Of a DNA stretch of 25,341 bases, positions 15,575-23,261 are shown in pieces (positions within the stretch are counted from its first letter, which is position 1; the number at the start of each line of letters is the position of its first letter). The position numbers were made by a program, and so were the translations under genes. The notes beneath the pieces were generated by a model that searched no databases, was not told the DNA's origin, and saw only the letters and a program-made list of their open reading frames with translations. Source of the DNA: a virus (lineage: Duplodnaviria; Caudoviricetes); IMG/VR virus record IMGVR_UViG_3300048835_000020, positions 1 through 25,341 of that record. One strand, written 5' to 3'.

Positions 15575-16141
15575 TCAGATCAGGTTCACGCGGTACGGCT
15601 CGATGAGCGAGTCGACAAATTCCAGCTTGGCGAAATTACCCTGCGCAACCGCTTCACGGCATGAATACCAGTGCCCGATTTGCAGCAGCATCCATTGCTT
15701 GATTTCCTGCGGCACGGCGGCGGCATTGCCGAAACCACAGGTGAATTCGATAGCGACGGCTTCCGCGTTGTCCCGCGTCGCCGGCCAGGTCTTGTCATAG
15801 GCCGGGGCAATCATGCCGAGAATGCCGCTCTTGAAAACGTCGTATTCGGTGCCGGCAAGCACTTGATCCGCGCCGTTTTCATCGATGTAATTGACGACGT
15901 CCACGCTCACCAGTTGCGGCAGCGGAAGGATGATTTCGGCGACGGGGAAGGCGTCCAGGGTATAGACCCACTCCTGCGTGACGAGCGCCCGCCCGGTGTG
16001 CTGCTCCGCCATGCGGCGCGCGGCAATGATGAGCGCGGTAATCAGCGTGTCATCATCGCTTACGTCAACGCGCAAGTGCAGTTTCGCTTCCGATAGCGTT
16101 ACCGGCTCCGTTGCCGGCGCGGTGGCGAGCGACAGGCCCAT
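15575..16141 (-). CDS. Head-tail connector protein (gp6 / phiE125 gp8-like)
   Basis: EPVTLSEAKLHLRVD...DD.LI..LI.AAR and VPQEIKQWMLL.IGHWY..RE motifs. Confidence 0.9.
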   Translation of the reverse strand: MGLSLATAPATEPVTLSEAKLHLRVDVSDDDTLITALIIAARRMAEQHTGRALVTQEWVYTLDAFPVAEIILPLPQLVSVDVVNYIDENGADQVLAGTEYDVFKSGILGMIAPAYDKTWPATRDNAEAVAIEFTCGFGNAAAVPQEIKQWMLLQIGHWYSCREAVAQGNFAKLEFVDSLIEPYRVNLI

Positions 16142-16142
16142 C

Positions 16143-16331
16143 TCAGGCGCGCGCCGCTTTCACGGCATCCGCGTTGTCATCGGCGAGGCCATCACGGACA
16201 AGTTCCTTTGCCGTTTGGGCATCGCATTCAAATACGGTATTGCATTGCAGCAGCACGCCTTCGCGCCAGTGGTCGCACAGGATGCGCACTTCGACGGCTT
16301 CCTTGCCGGCTTCGCTTTTCTGTCTTGCCAT
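16143..16331 (-). CDS. Small hypothetical protein after the capsid gene
   Basis: 62 aa with AGGAG RBS; fills the gap between capsid and connector. Confidence 0.7.
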   Translation of the reverse strand: MARQKSEAGKEAVEVRILCDHWREGVLLQCNTVFECDAQTAKELVRDGLADDNADAVKAARA

Positions 16332-16342
16332 TTCGATCTCCT

Positions 16343-16379
16343 AAAAATACCGCCCGGCTTCTGACCGGGCGGTGTTTTT
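16343..16379 (-). terminator. Intrinsic terminator downstream of the major capsid gene
   Basis: AAAAATACCGCCCGG-7 nt-CCGGGCGGTGTTTTT, a symmetric hairpin with A/T tails. Confidence 0.8.
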
Positions 16380-16392
16380 GCTTCTGGCTGGA

Positions 16393-17610
16393 TCAGGTCG
16401 CGCTGTTGGCGTAATACTTGACTGCCGCCGTATTGACCAGGTTGCCGCCGCTGCGCATCCACATCAGGAAACCGATCTGGCCGAGCTTAGCGTAAGCGGA
16501 ATCGCTGAAGCGGAAGAGCGTGGCGGACATCACGTCGCGGATGATGTACTTGGAGAAGTCGCCAAACAGGATCGACTTGGCGTTCGCGCTCATCGTGGCA
16601 ACGTCCTGGTTGATGGTGATGCCGTAGCCGAGCAGGCTGTCGGGCATGGCGCCGCCGAGGCCGTCGTATCCGGGCAGGAAGACAGGCCGGTTCTGGCTGT
16701 CCTTCAGCTTGCGGATGACCTTCAGCGAGGCATCATTCATCATGAAACGGCAGCGGCCGGAGCCACGGTAGGCCGGGTCGACCGAATGGATCAGGTCGAT
16801 CAGGTCTTCAAAGATGACTGTGGCCGTCTGGCCGGTGGTGCCGACCTTGCCCGAGGACGCGCCCGTTACCACGCCGCGCGGCTGGGCGGTACCCGTGCCG
16901 GTGGTGAAGTAGGTGTTGGTGGCGCGGCCAAGGCGCTCGACAAGACGCGCCCGGATGAAAGCCTCGATGTCGACCTGCGAGTCCTGAATCAACTCGAACG
17001 GCACGGCAACGATCTTGGACGAGAACTTGTACGCATTCACGGACACGGTGCCGAAGGTCGGATCAGCCCCCGTCGCGGTGGTGTTCTCCGCGATCAGCTC
17101 GCCGGTCTCCGAGGTGCCGTCCGTTGTCGGGAACGACAGCGGGTTGCCCATTTCCGTCTGAATGACGGTGGAGGCTTCGCGCATGCCGCCGAACGCTTTC
17201 AGTGACTCGATCAGCGTCTTGGCGACATCGGATTGCACCGAGTAGCCGCCTTCGGACGGGGTGGTGGTGCTCATGGTGGCGCGGATGCCGGCCCATTCTT
17301 CAGCCGACAGGGCGTTGTCGCCGCCGCGCAGCCACTTGGCAAAGAGCATCGCAGAAGGCGACTTCTTGTCGACAGCGGCCTTTTCGGCGGCTACGGCAGC
17401 GCCTTGCTGCATGGCGTCTTTGGCCATCTCGTCCAGCAGCGCCTGATGGCGGTTGATCTGGTTTTCCAGATCGGCGATTTCGGCCATTCCTTCGTCGTAC
17501 TTGGCCTGGAAATCGTTATTCCACTTGTCGCCGGGGTTGTCATTCAGCAGCTTGTGCAGTTCTTTGGCGCGGGTGCTGCGGCGTTCCCGCATGGCTTGGA
17601 TGCTCGTCAT
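16393..17610 (-). CDS. Major capsid protein, HK97 family
   Basis: 405 aa; N-terminal coiled-coil delta domain, EGGY, GTGTAQPRG, LKDSQNRP and FGDFSKY motifs. Confidence 0.95.
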   Translation of the reverse strand: MTSIQAMRERRSTRAKELHKLLNDNPGDKWNNDFQAKYDEGMAEIADLENQINRHQALLDEMAKDAMQQGAAVAAEKAAVDKKSPSAMLFAKWLRGGDNALSAEEWAGIRATMSTTTPSEGGYSVQSDVAKTLIESLKAFGGMREASTVIQTEMGNPLSFPTTDGTSETGELIAENTTATGADPTFGTVSVNAYKFSSKIVAVPFELIQDSQVDIEAFIRARLVERLGRATNTYFTTGTGTAQPRGVVTGASSGKVGTTGQTATVIFEDLIDLIHSVDPAYRGSGRCRFMMNDASLKVIRKLKDSQNRPVFLPGYDGLGGAMPDSLLGYGITINQDVATMSANAKSILFGDFSKYIIRDVMSATLFRFSDSAYAKLGQIGFLMWMRSGGNLVNTAAVKYYANSAT

Positions 17611-17633
17611 TGCTTGATCTCCTATCGAGAGCG

Positions 17634-17682
17634 AAAAAAAGCCGCCCGAAGGCGGCTTGAGGCTTGAGCGGGAACGCTCAAG
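17634..17682 (-). terminator. Hairpin pair / terminator-like element upstream of the capsid gene
   Basis: CTTGAGCG-TTCC-CGCTCAAG over the protease stop, then GCCGCC-TTCG-GGCGGC followed by T7. Confidence 0.7.
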
Positions 17683-18394
17683 TAGTGGCGACCAGCTTCA
17701 ACTGACGCATCAGATGGTCGGTGTTCGTGAATTGCAGCCCGGCAGAAACGGGCGGCACGTCTTCCTGTTTCGGCGCATGGGCGTAGGCGGCGAGGTTCCA
17801 TGCGGCACTCGCCTTCGGCGCGGCTTCGGCAATGCTGTCGGCAAAGCCATGCTCGACGGCTTCTTCCGCGTTGAACCAGGTCTCGGCGGACATCCATTCG
17901 CCAATCTGCTCGGGCGTCTGGCCGGTTTCCCGCGCGTAGGTCGCAATCAGTGAGCCGTCGACCTTTTCCAGCAGCGCGGCCATGTCCATGAGGTCGTCGG
18001 CGTTGCCGAAGGCCACTGTCCACGCCTTATGGATCATGTAGAACCCGCCCTCGGCAATCTGCACCTCATCAGCGGCGAGCGCCAGGTAGCTGGCGGCGCT
18101 GGCGGCGTAGCCGTCGATGTGGGCGACTATGCGGCTGCCGTGCTCGCGCACGGCCTGCTCCATCGCCCGCGCGGCGAACACGTCGCCGCCGGGGGAATTG
18201 ATGCGCAGGTGGATCGTCGGCGCGTCGATCCCCGCCAGCGCCTTGACGAAGGCCAGCGCGGAGACGCCGCCGAAGTAGTCGTCGGAGACGATGGTGTCGT
18301 AGACGTAGAGCGTGGCCTCCTCGGCGCCGGTTTTCTCGGCGCGAAAGAACCCGCGCCCACGGTTGTCGGCGAGCAGTTGCAGCAGCGGTTTCAT
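17678..18394 (-). CDS. ClpP-like head maturation protease
   Basis: INSPGGDVF, GYAASAAS (catalytic Ser), MIH, ETWF.AEEA and GFAD motifs. Confidence 0.93.
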   Translation of the reverse strand: MKPLLQLLADNRGRGFFRAEKTGAEEATLYVYDTIVSDDYFGGVSALAFVKALAGIDAPTIHLRINSPGGDVFAARAMEQAVREHGSRIVAHIDGYAASAASYLALAADEVQIAEGGFYMIHKAWTVAFGNADDLMDMAALLEKVDGSLIATYARETGQTPEQIGEWMSAETWFNAEEAVEHGFADSIAEAAPKASAAWNLAAYAHAPKQEDVPPVSAGLQFTNTDHLMRQLKLVATT

Positions 18395-18402
18395 GGTTTC
18401 TC

Positions 18403-18591
18403 CTAGATGATGCCCGTCATGAAGAGGGCGTCCTCTTCGCGGCGGCGAAGATGGTCATGCACTTGCTTGCGCGTGGGGCCGCGGCCCCAGGGCACCGGCG
18501 ACGTTCCGGCGCCAGGCTCTTCCTCGCCGAAATCGAATGCGGCGATGCTGAAGGCCGACTGGCTGAATGCGTTTTGATCGAAGGCGGCCAC
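18403..18591 (-). CDS. Small hypothetical protein (last gene of the portal-protease insert)
   Basis: GTG start abutting the upstream stop; FDQNAFSQSAFSIAAFDF periodic N-terminus and RRREEDALFM C-terminus. Confidence 0.65.
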   Translation of the reverse strand: MAAFDQNAFSQSAFSIAAFDFGEEEPGAGTSPVPWGRGPTRKQVHDHLRRREEDALFMTGII

Positions 18592-19263
18592 TTACGCCCC
18601 GCGCCAGAGGTTGCCGCTGGTGCCGTCGCCGAGCACGGCGGCGCTGTTGATCTTTTGCACGTCCACCGGGATGGTGGTGGCGTTGAGGGCATCGACCACG
18701 ACGGCAGCGAGATTCTCCGGCGACAATTCGGTAAAAGGCGTCCACTCGCCGATCATGGCCAGCTTCCCGCGCAAGTCGGCCTCGCCGATGAAGCTGAAGC
18801 TGCCGCTGCCGCCGAATGGCACGATCATTGCGAGGTTCGGCGTGCCGGTGAGACTCCAGCTTCCGGTGCCGTCCATGCCGATGGTCAGGCGCAGCACCAT
18901 GCCGTCGGCGCTCACGCTGACGACCGCAGCGGTGCCGGTCATGCTCACGACGACGGACAGGCCGCCGGTCTGCGACAGCGTCAGCGTGCCGTCGCCTTCC
19001 ATCGGGCCGCCCTTGAGCAGGTCGCCGGTCGGCGCGAAGTCGGCCACGCGGCGCAGCGCGGAAAGGCTGCCGGCGGTGAGCGGCGGGCAGAATGCCCGCA
19101 TGCCATAGCCGTCTGGCGTGGACGCATTGGCCGCATGCTCCGCGCCGACAAAGCGGTTCAGGCGGTCGCCCAGGCCTCGCGCGTAGACGTCGAGGCCGGG
19201 GGCGGCGCCGAAGTGCCGCGCCCGCACCATCGTCATGTAGCGGCCGTTCGGGTAGAGCGCCAT
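18592..19263 (-). CDS. Hypothetical G/A/T-rich protein, putative virion appendage
   Basis: 223 aa with beta-strand-like repeats, tightly packed in the operon. Confidence 0.7.
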   Translation of the reverse strand: MALYPNGRYMTMVRARHFGAAPGLDVYARGLGDRLNRFVGAEHAANASTPDGYGMRAFCPPLTAGSLSALRRVADFAPTGDLLKGGPMEGDGTLTLSQTGGLSVVVSMTGTAAVVSVSADGMVLRLTIGMDGTGSWSLTGTPNLAMIVPFGGSGSFSFIGEADLRGKLAMIGEWTPFTELSPENLAAVVVDALNATTIPVDVQKINSAAVLGDGTSGNLWRGA

Positions 19264-19264
19264 G

Positions 19265-20143
19265 TCAGCCCCAGACGGTTTCCAGCCCGCCGGCGAAGGT
19301 GGTCGAGGCGGCGGTGGCGGCGCCGGCGCCCCACAGCCACACGAGGCAGGCGCCGTCGTAGATGCGCGGCAGGCTCGGGATCTGGTTGAGCAGGTCCTTT
19401 TCCGTCATGAGTCCGGCCACCGACAGGGTGATCTGCGCGATGGGCCGCGCGAGGCACAGCGCGCCGGTGCCGGTGTTCGCGGCGCTGAAGGTCACGCTGG
19501 CGACGTTCTGCACGCCGGAGTCGCCCGAGGCGAGCGGCAGGAAGGGTCCGTAGTTGTTCGCGGCGACGCCGGAGTGCGAGATGTGCCCGGCGATGCCGGA
19601 GGCGGTCATGGCGACGGTGACGGGCAGGGTGTTGCCGGTGTTGGCGGACTGGTCGGTGTAGCTCAGGGCGATGTTCTGCGCGGTGGCGCCGGCGGCGGAG
19701 GTCTGCACCCAGTAGAGGCGGCAGCCGGCGCCGTTGGCATAGCGCAGGCTCGGCGTGCCGGTGAGGGTCTGCGCGCTGGAGGTGTTGTTGCTGATGCCGG
19801 GCCAGTAGCCTTGCAGGTCGACCAGCATCAGCGTGCCGGGGACGCCGGTGGCGGCGGTGCTCCAGGCGTTCATGTTGAGCAGATGCTTGATGTCGGTCGA
19901 GACGTTGCCGCCGTGCGGCATGCCGAATATCTGCGTGCCATTGCCGGTGGCTTCGTCGCAGGTTTTCCAGGCGAGCGCGGTGCCGGCCCAGGCGTTGGCG
20001 ATGGGCGAGCCGCCGAGCATGGAAAAGTCGTACCAGCGGCCGGCGGTGTAGGCGCTGCCGCCGGTGATCTTGTTGAAGTCGTAGCGCGTGATCTTCCCGG
20101 CGCTGATGGCGGCGACAAGCTGGTCGATTGATTGGATGGCCAT
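19265..20143 (-). CDS. Hypothetical putative virion protein, paralog B
   Basis: 292 aa from MAIQSIDQL; colinear motif similarity to 20146..21009. Confidence 0.75.
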   Translation of the reverse strand: MAIQSIDQLVAAISAGKITRYDFNKITGGSAYTAGRWYDFSMLGGSPIANAWAGTALAWKTCDEATGNGTQIFGMPHGGNVSTDIKHLLNMNAWSTAATGVPGTLMLVDLQGYWPGISNNTSSAQTLTGTPSLRYANGAGCRLYWVQTSAAGATAQNIALSYTDQSANTGNTLPVTVAMTASGIAGHISHSGVAANNYGPFLPLASGDSGVQNVASVTFSAANTGTGALCLARPIAQITLSVAGLMTEKDLLNQIPSLPRIYDGACLVWLWGAGAATAASTTFAGGLETVWG

Positions 20144-20145
20144 GA

Positions 20146-21009
20146 TTATCCCCAGGCGAAAGTGAAGTTGCCGAACCAGCTCACGGTGCGCGAGGTGCCG
20201 GAGCCGATGCGGTCGAACCAGCCGAGCCAGGCGCCGTCGAGCACGCGCGGGCAATGGAAGCCGGCCTTGCTGTAGAACTCCTTTTCCACGGCGACGTTGT
20301 TGTCGCCCGTCAGGCATGTGCCGAGGATGCGCACCAGATACGCGCAGATCAGGCCGGAGGGCGGCGTGGTGAAGGTGATGGAATCCAGACTGCGGATGCC
20401 GGCGGAGGCTTCGGCCAGCGCGACGGTGAGCGGCCCCACGTCGGCGGCGGCGGCGGCGCGCACCCCGGAGCAGACGAGGTTCTGCCCGGTAAGCGGGACG
20501 TTCTGCGTGACGCTCTTGCTGGTCCCGTTCGTGTCGGTGTAGTTGATGACGGCCACGCCGCTGGCGACGGCCGGAGCGATGTGGTTCACCAGCACCAGTT
20601 GCACGCCCTCCCCGTCCGCGTAGCGCGGCAGGGGCTGCGTGTTATCCATGAACTGCTCGTCGGTGGAATCGCCGTCGATCATGGGGTAATAGCCGAGCAG
20701 GTCGAATATGACGATGGAGCCGGCGCCGTTGAATGTCGATTGCGAAGACCGGAAGGTGGCGGAGGTCAGGTGGCGGTGCTGGCCGCTGGCCACGCCGGGG
20801 AAGTAGATCGCATCATTTTTCTGCGCGACACAGGGCGTGAATTCCAGCGCGGTGCCGACGCGGGCGTCGTAAGGCGGCTGCCCGGCAGAGAACGACGGGT
20901 CAGCCCAGTGCAGTCCGTGCGCGGTGCCGGCGGCCTTGTAGAAGCGCTGCATGTGACAGCGGCCTTCGTCGAAGGCGGCCTGCAGGTCGCTAAGACTCTG
21001 TATCGGCAT
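20146..21009 (-). CDS. Hypothetical putative virion protein, paralog A
   Basis: 287 aa from MPIQSLSDL; colinear motif similarity to 19265..20143. Confidence 0.75.
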   Translation of the reverse strand: MPIQSLSDLQAAFDEGRCHMQRFYKAAGTAHGLHWADPSFSAGQPPYDARVGTALEFTPCVAQKNDAIYFPGVASGQHRHLTSATFRSSQSTFNGAGSIVIFDLLGYYPMIDGDSTDEQFMDNTQPLPRYADGEGVQLVLVNHIAPAVASGVAVINYTDTNGTSKSVTQNVPLTGQNLVCSGVRAAAAADVGPLTVALAEASAGIRSLDSITFTTPPSGLICAYLVRILGTCLTGDNNVAVEKEFYSKAGFHCPRVLDGAWLGWFDRIGSGTSRTVSWFGNFTFAWG

Positions 21010-21118
21010 TGTCGAAAACCTCTACGACGCCGTCCGGGTGGTCGGGACAAGCCGGTTCCGGTTCGCCTTCGACCATCGGCCCCAGCTCGCGCCCGCAGTG
21101 TGCGCAGCGGTATTCCAC
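20990..21118 (-). CDS. 42-aa zinc-ribbon-like microprotein (not in the ORF track)
   Basis: GTG one base after the upstream TGA. MEYRCAHCGRELGPMVEGEPEPACPDHPDGVVEVFDNADTES has CxxC...CxxH, and it overlaps the next start. Confidence 0.7.
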   Translation of the reverse strand: MEYRCAHCGRELGPMVEGEPEPACPDHPDGVVEVFDNADTES

Positions 21119-21119
21119 A

Positions 21120-21560
21120 TCAGTCGACCGTGCCCGTCAGCGCGCCGGCGTTGAACAGCGGCGTGATGCCGGACGAGACGGCGCGCGAGGCGGACAGCGC
21201 GCCGGAGTAGAGGATGGCGGTGGCGCCCGCTGACTCCAGCCCGACGCTGAAGTGGGTGATGGTCTCCGATCCGGCGGTGCATTCGCCGAACTGCACCGTG
21301 GCGGCGTTCGTGACCTGGTTGCCGGAGACCGTCCAGCCGGCGCCGCTGCGCGCAACGGCGACGCGGGCGTATCCGGTGTAGGTGGCTTCGCTGGTGGCCT
21401 GAGTGCCCGCCTCGCCGGGGTCGGCGGTGTGCAGGGCGACGTAGAAGCTGCCGGCGGCGGCGGAGTTCTGCAGCCCGGCGGCATCGCCGACGTTGGCCCA
21501 GTCGGCGTTGTTGAACAGCAGGTTGAGCAGTGCGGTTTCGCTGGCGTTTGACATTGACAT
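21120..21560 (-). CDS. Putative virion structural protein (fibre/appendage base type)
   Basis: 146 aa, AGGAG RBS, YVALHTADPGEAG...E.TY.GYARVAV motif recurrent in phage structural modules. Confidence 0.7.
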   Translation of the reverse strand: MSMSNASETALLNLLFNNADWANVGDAAGLQNSAAAGSFYVALHTADPGEAGTQATSEATYTGYARVAVARSGAGWTVSGNQVTNAATVQFGECTAGSETITHFSVGLESAGATAILYSGALSASRAVSSGITPLFNAGALTGTVD

Positions 21561-21572
21561 GGTGGCGGGCTC

Positions 21573-23261
21573 CTATGCGTCCTTCTCGGTCTGCGTGCTG
21601 CGCATGATGTTGCCTTGCGCGTCGCGCTGCACTTCTGCGCTGGTGACGCGATCAGGCAGGCTGGTGATGGCGACTTCCTTGATCTCGGCCGGCTGCACGT
21701 CATTGACGATATTCACGCTCGGCGCGGCGACGCTCACCACAGGCGCAGGAATCGTCGCCTCGAAATGGGCGTCCACGTTCGGCGCGGCAACGTTGATGAC
21801 GGGCGACTCGGCGGCGGCGACATTGACCACGGGCGCTTCTTGCGCGGGCACGTCGTTATGCACGTCCACTTGCACCTTGGGCTGTTCGACCAGGGTATCG
21901 CCGCCGTTGATGTTGATCTCCGGCGCGCCGAAGTTGTAAACAGGCGCGGGCGCGGCGGCGACGGCCTCCTTGTGCAGTTCTGCGGAACGCACGCTGGCGG
22001 CGGCGCGAATCTTGCTGGACAGTACCTGCGGGTCTTTTTCCGGGTCTGCCGGCGCTTCCGGCTTCAGCAGGTCATCACCACCGTCTATCGGCGGCAGGTT
22101 TTCCAGCCTGCGGATTTCGTTGATGGTCATCCAGCCAGGTTCGCCAGCGCGGCCGGCGGCGATGCGGTAGCCTTCGTTGCGGCTCTTGTAGTCGCCGCGT
22201 TCCAGTCCAGCCGTGTTGAATTCGACGTAGTACCGTTCCCGGTTCGGCCATACCTTGCGGTTGATTTCCTGCTCGAATTTCACAAGATGCCGCTGCAGGG
22301 TGTATTTGACGAAGCCGATGCTCATCTGTTCGACGCCGCTGCCCCAGCTCGTCGTCTTGTCGGTATGCCCGATCATGTGCGGCGGCACACCGAACACGCG
22401 GGCGATGTCTTCGACCTGGAATCGGCGGGTATCGAGTAGCTGCGCGTCCTCGGCGTTCATGGTCAGTTCGTGAACCTTCGCCCCGCCCACCATGAGCGCG
22501 GGAAGGTGGGCGTTTTCCACGCCGCCATGCCGATCCTTCCACGTATTGCGGATCATGTCCTGCTGTTCCGGCGTCACTTTGCCGGGCACTTCAAGCGCGA
22601 AGTCGGGCCGGGCGCCATTCTTGAAGAAGGAGGCGGAAAACTCGTCCGCAGCCAGGGCCACGCCCGCCGAGTTGCGCAAGGCGTGACGAATCTGGCTCAT
22701 GCCGGCAAGGCCATCGAAGCCGGGGCCGGGAATGTGCAGCATGTCGTCCTGGTCTATGCCGATGACGCCGCCGTCGTCTTCCTGATAGAAGTAAACAAGG
22801 CGCCCATTCAGCTTTTGCGTGGTGATGCGCGATTTGTGCAGCGGCTCGAACCCGACGATGCGATCCGACAGTCTCGATGCGCGCAGGATGCGGGCATAGG
22901 CATCGCCAAGCAGCAGCTTGGATGCCGTCAGGTATTCCCAGAAGGTGCCCGCGCCCCAGCATGGGTGCGGCTGTTCGTTCAGCATCCACCATATTTCATG
23001 ATCCGCGCGCTCGCGCCCGTCCTGTGTCCGGCGATAAACCGGAAGCGGAAGGCTGGCAATCGAGCCGCCGACAAGGTTGACGCAGGCGTACACCGCAGAC
23101 ACTCGCATGGCGGTCTGTTCGGTGACGGCCACGCCGGCCGATGACATGCCGCCGGTGAGCCATTCAAATAGTTCGGTGCCCTTGCGGATGTCGGGCATGG
23201 AGAGGGATTCGCCTTCGGCCTTCGGGCGAAACGCGGCCTTCAGCCGCTCCATCAGGCTCAT
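21573..23261 (-). CDS. Portal protein, HK97 family, with C-terminal extension
   Basis: SAVYACV..., F.NGARP, DAQLL.TRRFQ.EDIAR.FGVPP and MT.NEIR..ENLPP..GGD motifs, then ~160 extra residues. Confidence 0.95.
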   Translation of the reverse strand: MSLMERLKAAFRPKAEGESLSMPDIRKGTELFEWLTGGMSSAGVAVTEQTAMRVSAVYACVNLVGGSIASLPLPVYRRTQDGRERADHEIWWMLNEQPHPCWGAGTFWEYLTASKLLLGDAYARILRASRLSDRIVGFEPLHKSRITTQKLNGRLVYFYQEDDGGVIGIDQDDMLHIPGPGFDGLAGMSQIRHALRNSAGVALAADEFSASFFKNGARPDFALEVPGKVTPEQQDMIRNTWKDRHGGVENAHLPALMVGGAKVHELTMNAEDAQLLDTRRFQVEDIARVFGVPPHMIGHTDKTTSWGSGVEQMSIGFVKYTLQRHLVKFEQEINRKVWPNRERYYVEFNTAGLERGDYKSRNEGYRIAAGRAGEPGWMTINEIRRLENLPPIDGGDDLLKPEAPADPEKDPQVLSSKIRAAASVRSAELHKEAVAAAPAPVYNFGAPEININGGDTLVEQPKVQVDVHNDVPAQEAPVVNVAAAESPVINVAAPNVDAHFEATIPAPVVSVAAPSVNIVNDVQPAEIKEVAITSLPDRVTSAEVQRDAQGNIMRSTQTEKDA

